From: Candidatus Pacearchaeota archaeon
Lineage (GTDB): Archaea; Nanobdellota; Nanobdellia; Pacearchaeales; GW2011-AR1
Direction of reading: 5' to 3'
DNA: 64,000 nt
Assembly: GCA_016866955.1 (NCBI GenBank)
Contig: VGKT01000001.1
Coordinates: forward strand, 130,556-194,555
A model generated the notes under the pieces. It was not told the DNA's origin and did no database searches. It saw only the letters and a list, made by a program, of their open reading frames with translations. The position numbers and the translations under genes were made by a program. Below are positions 28,941 to 38,351 of the stretch, one piece after another. Positions within the stretch are counted from its first letter, which is position 1; every line of letters starts with the position of its first letter.

Positions 28941-29405
28941 TTATAATTTCTCCTTGAGTTTAAGCGTTGCGGCTAAAGCATGTGCTTTTACTTCTTCAGT
29001 TGGAAGAACATCAGCATTGTGCACAAGATTCATGCCTGCATCTACTGCCCCAAGGACTACCGCATACAGACGTGACTTATGAATGTTTCGTTGCATACCA
29101 AAGTCAACAATTACGTCGGGATGTTTTCCTGCAAGGCGTTTACCTAGCATAAACCCAGTAAGATAAGCGGCAGGCAAAGTCTTCAAACTTCCTGCTTTAT
29201 CTTTTGGCCAGCCCTTTGCTAACAAATCTTTAGAAAGAACGGAAGCAACGACCTTATCTTGAGCATTAGTACTCGTAACTACTTGTGCACAGATATATCG
29301 ATTTGTTTTACGAATTACTAAACGAGGTTTTCCTGATTTAAGTAAATTAAATCGTGCTTTGTAATCGGTACGTGCTTGTAATCTGCGTTGACGAACTGAT
29401 CTCAT
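28941..29405 (-). CDS. rpl18: ribosomal protein uL18
   Basis: 154 aa. RRLQARTDYKARFNLLKSGKPRLVIRKTNRYICAQV. Confidence 0.9.
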   Translation of the reverse strand: MRSVRQRRLQARTDYKARFNLLKSGKPRLVIRKTNRYICAQVVTSTNAQDKVVASVLSKDLLAKGWPKDKAGSLKTLPAAYLTGFMLGKRLAGKHPDVIVDFGMQRNIHKSRLYAVVLGAVDAGMNLVHNADVLPTEEVKAHALAATLKLKEKL

Positions 29406-29806
29406 TTTTTCATCTCCATGCGCTCTTTCAAGTGCGCTTTACTTTTATAACGATGTGCACGAATTTCATTACGGTAGAACAAGAACTGGTCTTTGGTAAT
29501 CTTTTCTTGATTCAATAATTCTACCAAATAGGCACGAAGTTTACGAGTAATAGTAATATACTGACGCTTACCGCCCTTAATTTTCTTTTTGATACTTCCT
29601 GCACGGCGACGACTTGTTCGACGAATAACTGCTTTTCTTCCTTGAATATCTCGAATAGAAATTGCGCCATCTACATACAAATCACGCATGTCTTGCTTAG
29701 TTAATGCTTCTGCAATATCACTTAAACGAGCAGTATTGAATACAATACGATCCTTACCAACACCAAAAGTAGCAACTGCAAGAGCTTTCTTTGTATCTAA
29801 TTTCAT
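29402..29806 (-). CDS. rpl19e: ribosomal protein eL19
   Basis: 134 aa. VGKDRIVF...RKAVIRRTSRRRAGSIKKKIKGGKRQY. Confidence 0.9.
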   Translation of the reverse strand: MKLDTKKALAVATFGVGKDRIVFNTARLSDIAEALTKQDMRDLYVDGAISIRDIQGRKAVIRRTSRRRAGSIKKKIKGGKRQYITITRKLRAYLVELLNQEKITKDQFLFYRNEIRAHRYKSKAHLKERMEMKK

Positions 29807-30147
29807 TGCGCTCCTCCTGCTTTCCAGAGCGTAAGTTTACGTTCTTGTACAATTTTCAAAAATTCAACGCGTTTCTTTGCACCGAGTGTACGTGCAAATA
29901 CAATAAGATTCTTACTTGTTGCTTTCGCTAAATCTTGAGCATTACGAATTACAAGAGGGGTCTTTCCATCTACTTGATGTAAGGTTGCACGTGGAGAACT
30001 ATATCCGATTTCAACACGAAGAGGATAACCGAATCTCTTACGACGGATTTTGTTATGTCTTCCGCGAGGTCTGCGCCATTTTTGTAACTTGGTGCGATGA
30101 CTTCCGAGACGCTTATGACGAGTTATGTCTGAACGGAGGAATCTCAT
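29803..30147 (-). CDS. rpl32e: ribosomal protein eL32
   Basis: 114 aa. KWRRPRGRHNKIRRKRFGYP..VEIGY. Confidence 0.9.
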   Translation of the reverse strand: MRFLRSDITRHKRLGSHRTKLQKWRRPRGRHNKIRRKRFGYPLRVEIGYSSPRATLHQVDGKTPLVIRNAQDLAKATSKNLIVFARTLGAKKRVEFLKIVQERKLTLWKAGGAQ

Positions 30148-30686
30148 AGTACTCTCCCTGGTCTTTCAACTAAGAAAATACCATCTTGGAATACACGACG
30201 ATCACGATTACGTACATGTGTTGCACGTTCAATGAGCGAAACAGTACGTCCTGCAGCTTCAATATCTGCAGAGCTAACAGTTACTTTTGGTCCCTTTACT
30301 TCAACAAGTACATTTTTCTCAATACGTGCAAATCGCGGGGTTTTTTCGCCCAAGAAATTGTTAATTACTAATTTACTTCCGTCTACTTTCAAAGTCATAG
30401 GGAAGTGAACATTACATGCTTCTAATTGGTAGACAAATTTGTTTTCAAGACCACGTACTAAATTCTTAACATGTGCGAGCAAAGAACGCATTTCCTTTAA
30501 TTGAATTTTGCTTGCTTTAGAAGCAGTAAAGGTAAGTTCATTTCCTTTTAATGCAACTGCAATTCTTGGACGTGTAAGAAGACGAGTAAGTTCAGTTCCT
30601 GATTTTGAAACAGTAAGGGTTCCGTTCGTAAGACTTGCTGTAATGCTTGCAGGGAATGAATACGATTCGGTGAATGAACGTTTCAT
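30144..30686 (-). CDS. rpl6: ribosomal protein uL6
   Basis: 180 aa with the two-domain uL6 pattern (VYQLEACNVHFPMTLKVDGSKLVINNFLGEK), in the expected operon position. Confidence 0.9.
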   Translation of the reverse strand: MKRSFTESYSFPASITASLTNGTLTVSKSGTELTRLLTRPRIAVALKGNELTFTASKASKIQLKEMRSLLAHVKNLVRGLENKFVYQLEACNVHFPMTLKVDGSKLVINNFLGEKTPRFARIEKNVLVEVKGPKVTVSSADIEAAGRTVSLIERATHVRNRDRRVFQDGIFLVERPGRVL

Positions 30687-30687
30687 A

Positions 30688-31062
30688 TTAGAAGAAATAT
30701 GCGAGTAAGCATCCTCCTTGTTTCTTTTCTATTGCAGTATAATGCGTCATAATTCCTGCAGGAGTAGAGACAATGATAACACCAAAATCTTTTGCAGGAA
30801 GATAACGAGGAACATATTTTTCAACTTCATCTGATTTTACTATAAATCGTGGTTTTATCGCATTACAGCCGTTTAACTTATCAAAAATAATGATAAGTTG
30901 ATTATCTTTGAGTTCGTATGATTTGATATATTTTTTAAGTTTTGCAATAGCAAGAACTGAAATTAATAGTTGAGAATGTCTCTTTACGATTACCTGAGTC
31001 AAACCAGCCTTGCGGGCGTTCATCATTTGGTTTAGCGCATCGGCAACAACGTCGTGACTCAT
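30688..31062 (-). CDS. rps8: ribosomal protein uS8
   Basis: I chose the ATG at 31062 (MSHDVVADALNQMMNARKAG), 1 nt after the uS14 stop. The protein ends ...GGCLLAYFF. Confidence 0.9.
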   Translation of the reverse strand: MSHDVVADALNQMMNARKAGLTQVIVKRHSQLLISVLAIAKLKKYIKSYELKDNQLIIIFDKLNGCNAIKPRFIVKSDEVEKYVPRYLPAKDFGVIIVSTPAGIMTHYTAIEKKQGGCLLAYFF

Positions 31063-31063
31063 G

Positions 31064-31294
31064 TTAATTATATTTCTTAAAGCCGATTTCTGTTGCAATG
31101 TCCCTGAAACATTGTCGGCATAAATTTAGATTATATTGGCTCAGGTGTGCGCCAAATCGACCACATTGTTCGCATTTATATCGTGCGATACCGGTGGTAC
31201 GAGTTTTTGGTTTGCAATGGCGCATACACTTTGCGAGTTTTGCATGTTTTCCCTTCAATTGTTTAGTAATTTTACTCCAGTCGCTTGCAGTCAT
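31064..31294 (-). CDS. rps14: ribosomal protein uS14 (zinc-ribbon type)
   Basis: 76 aa. CEQCGRFGAHLSQYNLNLCRQCFRDIATEIGFKKY. Confidence 0.9.
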   Translation of the reverse strand: MTASDWSKITKQLKGKHAKLAKCMRHCKPKTRTTGIARYKCEQCGRFGAHLSQYNLNLCRQCFRDIATEIGFKKYN

Positions 31295-31295
31295 G

Positions 31296-31805
31296 TTATT
31301 CTATTGCTGTTTTAAAGCCCTCCCTCATAAAATGTGCGATTTCATCTTTAGTAACGTATTGTACTTTGGAAACCTTGCTTCCTTTGATTTTCTTTCGTTG
31401 AACACGAAGACCAGGACGTGCGAATGTAACGGTTACATTCAATCCACGAATACCGATATCCCGTTGATATTCAATGCCTGGAATCTCGATGTATTCAGTA
31501 ATACCGAATGAAAAGTGGTTATCGGAAATTGATTTTTTCTTAAGTTTATTATCGATTGCGCCGAGTAAACGTTTGAGAAGAACAATAGCATCATCATGTC
31601 TGATAGTAACACGTGTTCCAACTTCTAAACCAGGATTTACTTTAAAGTCTGGAATACGTTTTGTAGACTGAATAATTTGTGCTTGTTTACCTGAAATGAT
31701 TTCTAAGAGTTTCTTTGATTTTGTTAAAGCATCTCCTGTTGCTCCTGCTGAAATAACAACTTTTTCAATTGCAATTTTACGCATAGGGTTGAGTGTTACG
31801 CTCAT
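31296..31805 (-). CDS. rpl5: ribosomal protein uL5
   Basis: I chose the ATG at 31805 (MSVTLNPMRKIAIEKVVISAG), giving an ATGA overlap with the eS4 stop. Confidence 0.9.
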   Translation of the reverse strand: MSVTLNPMRKIAIEKVVISAGATGDALTKSKKLLEIISGKQAQIIQSTKRIPDFKVNPGLEVGTRVTIRHDDAIVLLKRLLGAIDNKLKKKSISDNHFSFGITEYIEIPGIEYQRDIGIRGLNVTVTFARPGLRVQRKKIKGSKVSKVQYVTKDEIAHFMREGFKTAIE

Positions 31806-32419
31806 AGTGCTACCACCATACGAGCAGGGATTGTTGCTTGTGTTGATTCGAATTGAACAGTGCATACGCCGTTTTCATAAGAAGTTATTTTTCCTTCTTG
31901 ACCAATATATTTTCCAGCAGTTGCTAATACCTTACTTCCCTTTGTGAAAGAAACATGTTTAACCGGTTTATTTTTTGCATCAAGATATACTGAGTCTTGT
32001 ATTGCATGTTCTTTTTTACCAATAATGTTGGTGCCATCATGTAAATGTAATTGTACTTTACCGCCTGAAATTAAACTACGGCTGATTATTTTTGCAAGAC
32101 GATCTTTTGCTTTTGTTTCGAGAAAAGTAAATCGGCCTGCTAGAGAAAGAGAAACTTGGTAGGTTTTATCTGCTTCAAGAAGATGGAATAATTGGATACT
32201 TTCATTCAATTCAACAACTGTCCGACCATTTACCTTTAATTTTTTTTGTTTAATCATTTCACGCACTTCTTTTGCAGTTTTTGCAAGCCCCAACATATCA
32301 CGAATAGCAATAACTACAGGAATTGCGTTATCAATGTGAGAACGAGCCATTGCTACATACTTTGTGCCCTTACGGACTATTGGAATTTTTCGTGTTACGT
32401 TTTGTCTTGCTCGATGCAT
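31802..32419 (-). CDS. rps4e: ribosomal protein eS4
   Basis: I chose the ATG at 32419 (MHRARQNVTRKIPIVRKGTKYV), 1 nt after the uL24 stop. The track ORF extends further upstream. Confidence 0.9.
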   Translation of the reverse strand: MHRARQNVTRKIPIVRKGTKYVAMARSHIDNAIPVVIAIRDMLGLAKTAKEVREMIKQKKLKVNGRTVVELNESIQLFHLLEADKTYQVSLSLAGRFTFLETKAKDRLAKIISRSLISGGKVQLHLHDGTNIIGKKEHAIQDSVYLDAKNKPVKHVSFTKGSKVLATAGKYIGQEGKITSYENGVCTVQFESTQATIPARMVVAL

Positions 32420-32420
32420 G

Positions 32421-32816
32421 TTAATTCGCTCCTTTCGTAGGTTGAGAAGTCGTTTGAGGTAATCTGCGTTTGTCAGCGTCGTTGAGTTTGACAAGCATCA
32501 GAGCGCGCGGATTGAAAGGAACATTGTACTTACTGCCATCTTTCTTAGAACGTTGCATACCTTCAAGATATACAACTGAATCAGAAAGTGTAACAGAAAG
32601 TACTTTGGCTTGCTTCTTTGCGAAGCTTCCGCGCATGACAAGCACCTCATCCCCTTTCTTGAGGGGAAGACTTCTCTTGCCATACTTTGAGCGTAATTCC
32701 TTTGATAAGTGGGCATTTAAAAAGGTATGCTTAAGATGTAACGGAGCATTGTAACGATATTTACGTTGCTTTGCAGGGCGTTTACTTGACAACCAGGCAG
32801 AGGTAAAGGACTTCAT
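32421..32816 (-). CDS. rpl24: ribosomal protein uL24
   Basis: 131 aa with the KOW motif LKKGDEVLVMRGSFAKKQAKV. Confidence 0.9.
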   Translation of the reverse strand: MKSFTSAWLSSKRPAKQRKYRYNAPLHLKHTFLNAHLSKELRSKYGKRSLPLKKGDEVLVMRGSFAKKQAKVLSVTLSDSVVYLEGMQRSKKDGSKYNVPFNPRALMLVKLNDADKRRLPQTTSQPTKGAN

Positions 32817-33214
32817 AATACGAAAGGTGCTAATTTAGCAACCTCCTTCCAACGTTCATGAATTTCACGAGCGACTGGCCCCTTAATCATGGTGCCTTTA
32901 GGGTTTCCTTTTTCATCTTTTAACAATGCTACCGCGTTATCTTCAAACATAACTCGCTCTCCTGTCAATCTGCGATAGGCCATACGTTGTCGAATAACAA
33001 CTGCATCAAATAAGACTCCCTTCATTTCAGGTTTTCCTGCGCGTACGGATACTTTTACCCAGTCCCCTACTTTTGCGAATTGTTGTCTTCCTTTCTTTGT
33101 TTTACCGTGCACGACTCCTGCAATACGAACAATACGTGCTCCAGAGTTATCTGCTGCAACACATTGACTACCTATGTTCAATCCTCGTGTAACAACTGCT
33201 GAAACTGCTTTCAT
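32813..33214 (-). CDS. rpl14: ribosomal protein uL14
   Basis: 133 aa. ADNSGARIVRIAGV...VVIRQRMAYRR. Confidence 0.95.
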   Translation of the reverse strand: MKAVSAVVTRGLNIGSQCVAADNSGARIVRIAGVVHGKTKKGRQQFAKVGDWVKVSVRAGKPEMKGVLFDAVVIRQRMAYRRLTGERVMFEDNAVALLKDEKGNPKGTMIKGPVAREIHERWKEVAKLAPFVL

Positions 33215-33531
33215 TGTTTGTTTTCTCCTGCCGAACGGATCTTTTGAACCACGACTGCATGAATAATTTTACTGAGAGGTCTGCATTCTTGAACGCGAAT
33301 ATAATCGCCTACTACAAGTTCCATACCTACAGGAATACGAGCATGCACTTTGGAGTGCTTGATATAGAAACGTTCATATTTTCTCATATAAACGGTGCGT
33401 TCAAACTGAATAACTACACGCGTAGGGAATTTTTTAATAATTGTACCTTCAAAGAAACGTCCACGTACTGCTATTGGAGTTACCACCAGGTTTGTAGTAC
33501 TTGCTGTTTTGGTTTGTTTTAGTTTGTTCAT
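33211..33531 (-). CDS. rps17: ribosomal protein uS17
   Basis: 106 aa. GTIIKKFPTRVVIQFERTVYMRKYERF...GDYIRVQECRPLSK. Confidence 0.9.
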   Translation of the reverse strand: MNKLKQTKTASTTNLVVTPIAVRGRFFEGTIIKKFPTRVVIQFERTVYMRKYERFYIKHSKVHARIPVGMELVVGDYIRVQECRPLSKIIHAVVVQKIRSAGENKQ

Positions 33532-33533
33532 GT

Positions 33534-33830
33534 TTAGTCACTAATTGCTGTTTCGGAAAATCCGAGTTTAATCAAGGCAGGCTTGATTTGTTTCACGTGA
33601 TTTCCCTGAAGTTCAATGATACCATCCTTGATGGTACCACCGCAAGCAAGTTTTTCCTTCAAGGATTTGGCGATCTCTTTCAGATCGACATTCTTGTCGA
33701 AACCACTTACTAACGTAGTAAGTTTCCCAAACCGACGAGCAACCGTCGATATGGTTATCTTCTGATCGCCTTTCGCGATCTCTTCAAACACACCGGCTTG
33801 GCTAGGAAGAAAACGTGGATCTATGTCCAT
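33534..33830 (-). CDS. sui1: translation initiation factor SUI1/aIF1
   Basis: 98 aa. RRFGKLTTLVSGF...KEIAKSLKEKLACGGTIKDGIIELQGNH. Confidence 0.85.
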   Translation of the reverse strand: MDIDPRFLPSQAGVFEEIAKGDQKITISTVARRFGKLTTLVSGFDKNVDLKEIAKSLKEKLACGGTIKDGIIELQGNHVKQIKPALIKLGFSETAISD

Positions 33831-34025
33831 TTACGCTTTCTTCGCCTCCTCGTGATGTGCGAGTGTTAACAACCGTGCGCGAGCCCTTTTAAGCTCTTTT
33901 GTTTTGGCGGTTGCCTTGTGAGCAGTTACTTGTCCTTTAAGCAAAGCGAGGGTAATTTCTTGAAGCTTTTCTTGTCTTTCTTTTGAAGACAATTTCTTAG
34001 CATCAACCATACGAAGGATAGCCAT
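33831..34025 (-). CDS. rpl29: ribosomal protein uL29
   Basis: 64 aa, helical and K/E-rich, lying between uS3 and SUI1. Confidence 0.85.
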   Translation of the reverse strand: MAILRMVDAKKLSSKERQEKLQEITLALLKGQVTAHKATAKTKELKRARARLLTLAHHEEAKKA

Positions 34026-34708
34026 TAATTCTTTGCCTCCTTCTTCTTTGTTGTTTTTTTAACAACTTTCTTAACAACCACTTCTTCAACAGGCATCACA
34101 AATTTTGCCTTTAATGCGTCATTTACCACAATTCTATCGTGAATATGTGCATTTGGAGGAAGAATACTTACTTTAATTCCCGAAACTCCCATGTTATTCA
34201 CTGCTTGTGCCATTGCACGATCTACTACTTTTGCAGGTTCTCCGGTTTTCTTCAAATATCCTTGTGAGAATCGCCAGGATTTTGCACGTTCGGAAGGTAA
34301 TCGTCCTGATAAAACAATTTCAGCACCCATTGCCCCTGCGCGCATAATCTCTTGTAACATACGGTATGCAATGATTTTAAATTTAAGTGACCCTTGACGT
34401 TCCATTTGTGTTGCAATTTCGTCTGCAACTAATTGTGCATCAAGACGTGCATCAGGAATTTCACGAATATCGATGTGTGGATTGTCAAGCTTATATCCTT
34501 TCTTAAGAACTTTTGTCAATTCTTCAATTTTTTCTCCGCGTTTACCAATTACTTGACCAGGACGAGAAGTTGCAATTACAATTTTTTCTCCAACAGGTGT
34601 GTATTCGATGTTTACTGCACTGATTTTTCCTTTTCCTAAGTCTGATTTAATGTAATTCTTTACTGCAAGTTCATTTTTCTTAAAGTTTACAAATTTCTTT
34701 TCATCCAT
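34025..34708 (-). CDS. rps3: ribosomal protein uS3
   Basis: 227 aa with KH domain IATSRPGQVIGKRGEKIEEL. The C-terminus is K-rich. Confidence 0.9.
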   Translation of the reverse strand: MDEKKFVNFKKNELAVKNYIKSDLGKGKISAVNIEYTPVGEKIVIATSRPGQVIGKRGEKIEELTKVLKKGYKLDNPHIDIREIPDARLDAQLVADEIATQMERQGSLKFKIIAYRMLQEIMRAGAMGAEIVLSGRLPSERAKSWRFSQGYLKKTGEPAKVVDRAMAQAVNNMGVSGIKVSILPPNAHIHDRIVVNDALKAKFVMPVEEVVVKKVVKKTTKKKEAKN

Positions 34709-35298
34709 TATTTCTTTTCCTCCGCACGTAGAGTGACATTTGTTCTTTTAAATCTCATCCCGCCCCGCTTTGCTGGACGAATACCCCAACTAGCAGTACC
34801 AAGAGTAATAACGGTCTTGTGAATATCTAATCCATTCACAATTGCATTTCCACGTAAACCTTTCAACATGGTGATAAATTGTCCTGCGACTTTAACTGGA
34901 TAACGTCCAGACATGATTCCTGGTTCAGAACGATGAGGGATTTCACCACGCATTGGAATCGCACGCTTAAAGAGCAAGACATCTTCTAGGTCTTTAATCG
35001 CTTGATCAATTGTTTTACGCTTGATAAATTCACAAATGTACATACAATATTTTTTAGAAGCAGACATGCCGATCACTTGAGCAATTGCAAAGTCTTTCTT
35101 TGATACTTTTGCAGGAACTTTCTTTGGTTCTTGAGTAGCTTGTGTAGTCTCTTGTTGAGAAATTGTGGAAGGAGTCTTTGTTTCAGATTGTGCTGATGCA
35201 GGTTTTGCTTCTTTTTTTGGAGCTTTTGCAGGAGCAGGAGCTTTTGCAGGAGCTTTCTTTTCTACTGGTGTATGTTTAGGTACGTAGTCTTTTTCCAT
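34708..35298 (-). CDS. rpl22: ribosomal protein uL22 with ~65-aa A/P/K-rich N-terminal extension
   Basis: The core reads SKKYCMYICEFIKRKTIDQAIKDLEDV...RYPVKVAGQFITMLK. I chose the ATG at 35298 (MEKDY), 1 nt after the uS19 stop. Confidence 0.85.
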   Translation of the reverse strand: MEKDYVPKHTPVEKKAPAKAPAPAKAPKKEAKPASAQSETKTPSTISQQETTQATQEPKKVPAKVSKKDFAIAQVIGMSASKKYCMYICEFIKRKTIDQAIKDLEDVLLFKRAIPMRGEIPHRSEPGIMSGRYPVKVAGQFITMLKGLRGNAIVNGLDIHKTVITLGTASWGIRPAKRGGMRFKRTNVTLRAEEKK

Positions 35299-35299
35299 G

Positions 35300-35707
35300 T
35301 TACTTCTTCTCCACTCCTGAGGACTTAGTTGCACCTAAGCCAGGATTACCATGTTGTACTTTGGTACGTGTTAGTGAGAATTCTCCAAGACGATGTCCAA
35401 TCATACGATGAGTGATTACAAAGTCATTAAATGCCTTACCATTGTGAATACCGATAGTCATACCAACTAAACGTGGTAAGATAACAATATCACGCAAATG
35501 TGTTCTGATTTTCTTTCTTGCATTGAATTGTGTTTCACATCGTTTAATGAATGCTTCATGATTTTGGAAATTGCGCAATACTGAACGACGGCTACGTGAA
35601 GGTATGAATTTTGCTACTTCACGTACATCTAATTTCTTGAGTTCTTCTAACTTCTGTCCTCGATAGAAAACTTCTTTAGACTTTAGGATAACGCCTTCGT
35701 CAGCCAT
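35300..35707 (-). CDS. rps19: ribosomal protein uS19
   Basis: 135 aa. GMTIGIHNGKAFNDFVITHRMIGHRLGEFSLTR. Confidence 0.95.
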   Translation of the reverse strand: MADEGVILKSKEVFYRGQKLEELKKLDVREVAKFIPSRSRRSVLRNFQNHEAFIKRCETQFNARKKIRTHLRDIVILPRLVGMTIGIHNGKAFNDFVITHRMIGHRLGEFSLTRTKVQHGNPGLGATKSSGVEKK

Positions 35708-36402
35708 TATTTGGTTCTCCCTGTTCTACGTGGTCTTATATGGCCTACACGTGCCCCTGGAGGCGCGTTCCGTTTAGCAATCTTAGGTTTGATACGCTTA
35801 CCACGACCAGAACCGAATGGATGGTCAATTGCGTTCATCTTTACTGCAGAGCTACGTGGCCAGAGCTTATTACGTGTCTTCATCTTGTAGAACATACCGC
35901 TTGCTTTGATGAATGGTTTGTTAATTCTTCCGTCCCCTGCAATAACACCGAGCGTTGCACGGCAATCACCAGAAACGATAATTTCCTTTTTATTTGGCAT
36001 AAGAATTGCAATTTTATTATGGTCTAGTTTTTTATTTACAATTGCAGAAGAACCAGCAGTACGAATCATTTTACCACCGTCTCCTGGATTTAACTCGATA
36101 TTGTAAATTTGTTGAGCAGGAACAGCATCACGTAAATAAATAATGGAACCTGGCGTAGTACCTGAACCAATCGTGATATCTTGACCAACGAAGATACCGT
36201 TTGTTGCAGGAATGTAAAAGATTTCATTGCCCCCTTGTACTTTCATCAAAGGTGCTGAATGTGCTGCTGAGTGAATAATGTTAATAACTTTTGCAGGACC
36301 TACATGTTGAGGATATTTTACTTTGTAGATAAAAGCACGCTTAGGTACTCGATATGCTGGGCCACCGTGACCTCGTGCTTGGGAAATAATGCGTTTACCC
36401 AT
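35707..36402 (-). CDS. rpl2: ribosomal protein uL2
   Basis: 231 aa. GKMIRTAGSSA...MNAIDHPFGSGRG. Confidence 0.95.
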   Translation of the reverse strand: MGKRIISQARGHGGPAYRVPKRAFIYKVKYPQHVGPAKVINIIHSAAHSAPLMKVQGGNEIFYIPATNGIFVGQDITIGSGTTPGSIIYLRDAVPAQQIYNIELNPGDGGKMIRTAGSSAIVNKKLDHNKIAILMPNKKEIIVSGDCRATLGVIAGDGRINKPFIKASGMFYKMKTRNKLWPRSSAVKMNAIDHPFGSGRGKRIKPKIAKRNAPPGARVGHIRPRRTGRTK

Positions 36403-36403
36403 G

Positions 36404-36646
36404 TTAGATTACTCCTAGTTTAGCCGCGACATCCATTGCTGGATTCGCTGGTGCGAGACGCACAAAGGCATATTTAACATTATGTTGGATGGAAGTACGT
36501 ACATTGGTAACCTTCACTGAGAATACGGTTTGAATGTGTGCTTTAATTTCTGTTTTTGTTGCTCTTCGTTCGGTTTCGAAAACAAGAGTATTTTCAGTAT
36601 CAATTAATTTGACTGCTTTTTCAGAGGTGATTGGTTTTAAGTTCAT
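36404..36646 (-). CDS. rpl23: ribosomal protein uL23
   Basis: 80 aa. ITSEKAVKLIDTENTLVFETERRATKTEIK. Confidence 0.9.
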   Translation of the reverse strand: MNLKPITSEKAVKLIDTENTLVFETERRATKTEIKAHIQTVFSVKVTNVRTSIQHNVKYAFVRLAPANPAMDVAAKLGVI

Positions 36647-37404
36647 TTGAGTTCCTCCAATGCTGCTTGTGTATATACTGCGATTCTTCCTAGAGGGTAA
36701 ACATGATGCATCATTAATTCTTTTGCTGAAACGACTTCAAGACCAGCTAATGTTTGAGATTCTTTACTTCCTACTACTACTAATGCACCTGCAGAAGATT
36801 TGTATTTTCTACCTCGTAATTTTCCTTTTCCATGACGGACTGCATGAACCTGGAATACATTTTGCATTGCATCACCAAGAATTGTTTGTAGTGCAGCTTT
36901 ACAAGCTCGTACTTTCTTTGGTAATGATTCAAGAATAACAGGAGAAGTAATTTTTGTAAGTGTTGGATAATGTTGTGCAAGGAATGTAGGTTGAGCAGTT
37001 GCTGCAATACCAATTTGTAGAGCGCGCGTGCGTTCCTTTTGATTAATTTTTCTAAATGCTTTTACACGAGAAGCAGCATGCACTGAACGTCCACCACGGG
37101 TATTCGATACTTCTGCACCAACCCAAAGGAATTGTGTACCGCGTCTCCACATTTGCTTACGTGGTAAACGAGAAATACCTTTTCCATAATGTCCTTTCCA
37201 TTTATGACGAGCATGTCGGATAGTACCGGAAGCAGAATGTTTTCTTCCTGCGCGTGGATCAGGACCATATGATTGCATTAAGGAGAATTTTTCTGCTTCG
37301 TATGCTTTTTTTATTAAATCTTCACGAACCGGAGTGTTAAACACTGCTGGTAATTCGATTTGAGATTTTTGCTTTCCATTACTATCGAAAAGTGTTGCTT
37401 TCAT
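36643..37404 (-). CDS. rpl4: ribosomal protein uL4
   Basis: 253 aa, in the expected operon position. GRKHSASGT...HARHKWKG. Confidence 0.9.
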   Translation of the reverse strand: MKATLFDSNGKQKSQIELPAVFNTPVREDLIKKAYEAEKFSLMQSYGPDPRAGRKHSASGTIRHARHKWKGHYGKGISRLPRKQMWRRGTQFLWVGAEVSNTRGGRSVHAASRVKAFRKINQKERTRALQIGIAATAQPTFLAQHYPTLTKITSPVILESLPKKVRACKAALQTILGDAMQNVFQVHAVRHGKGKLRGRKYKSSAGALVVVGSKESQTLAGLEVVSAKELMMHHVYPLGRIAVYTQAALEELK

Positions 37405-38351
37405 TAGTATGAAACCTCCTGGAATTCATATTTACGCTTTGCCGTGTGTTTGGTTGGGCGAAGAGCAGGGGTAAGCAATACTTGTCGTTTAACTGGACCT
37501 TGCACACTTCCTGATACTAACAAATAAGGTGCTTTGATTAAGCCAAAATTAGGGAATCCTGCAGGGGGATTAATATTCTTTTCAGCGATGGTATTAGTGG
37601 TAAGTACATTTAGATTGTAATGTACGCGCGTAAACATACCAAATTGACCTGCATAAGGCGTACGGAAAGTAACACGAGCTGGATGCCAAGGACCTAAGGA
37701 ACCAGGGCGTCTTCGTCCCTTTTCTGACTTGTGTTGTTTCAACGAGATACCATAACGCTTTACTGCACCTGAAAAGCCACGACCAGTTGTTAATCCACGT
37801 ACATCTACGAGTTTAAGTGGATAAATATCTTTTAAGGTAAGTTCGCGATTTAAGAGAGCAGTTACAAATGCAAGTTTATCTGTAGCTTGTACTGCAAATT
37901 CCATCACATCCGGTGTTTTTTTGATATTTGTTTGAGAAGGAAGAGAATAAACAAGAACACGAATATCGTCATACTGTGCAGGAGCAGTAAGAGATTGGGC
38001 TTGTTTTGGAAGATGTAAGACTTTCTTGAGAATTGCGTCTGAAGTTACAACACATTCCTTAGCAACGATGCCATTGTGATAGAAACGAACAGAAGCGATT
38101 TTCATAGAAGGTATTTCAAGCACAGTAGCTGGAAGAATTACCTTTTTTCCGGTGGTCATTGATTTATCAGTCATATCCTTAACTGAAGCCGAAACCATAC
38201 CCACCTTATAGGCGATACAACCGAGAATGCCTTGTGCCTTTGCATCAGTGTGTTTTACTACAGGAGACCAATTAACACGAGGTAAGAGCTTAGTTGCGCG
38301 GCTACGTGGCCAGAATTGCAAGCTTCCTTCGCGTGTTTTGTGTGGGGGCAT
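37404..38351 (-). CDS. rpl3: ribosomal protein uL3
   Basis: 315 aa, first gene of the operon. GSLQFWPRSRA...GFSGAVKRYG. Confidence 0.9.
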   Translation of the reverse strand: MPPHKTREGSLQFWPRSRATKLLPRVNWSPVVKHTDAKAQGILGCIAYKVGMVSASVKDMTDKSMTTGKKVILPATVLEIPSMKIASVRFYHNGIVAKECVVTSDAILKKVLHLPKQAQSLTAPAQYDDIRVLVYSLPSQTNIKKTPDVMEFAVQATDKLAFVTALLNRELTLKDIYPLKLVDVRGLTTGRGFSGAVKRYGISLKQHKSEKGRRRPGSLGPWHPARVTFRTPYAGQFGMFTRVHYNLNVLTTNTIAEKNINPPAGFPNFGLIKAPYLLVSGSVQGPVKRQVLLTPALRPTKHTAKRKYEFQEVSY

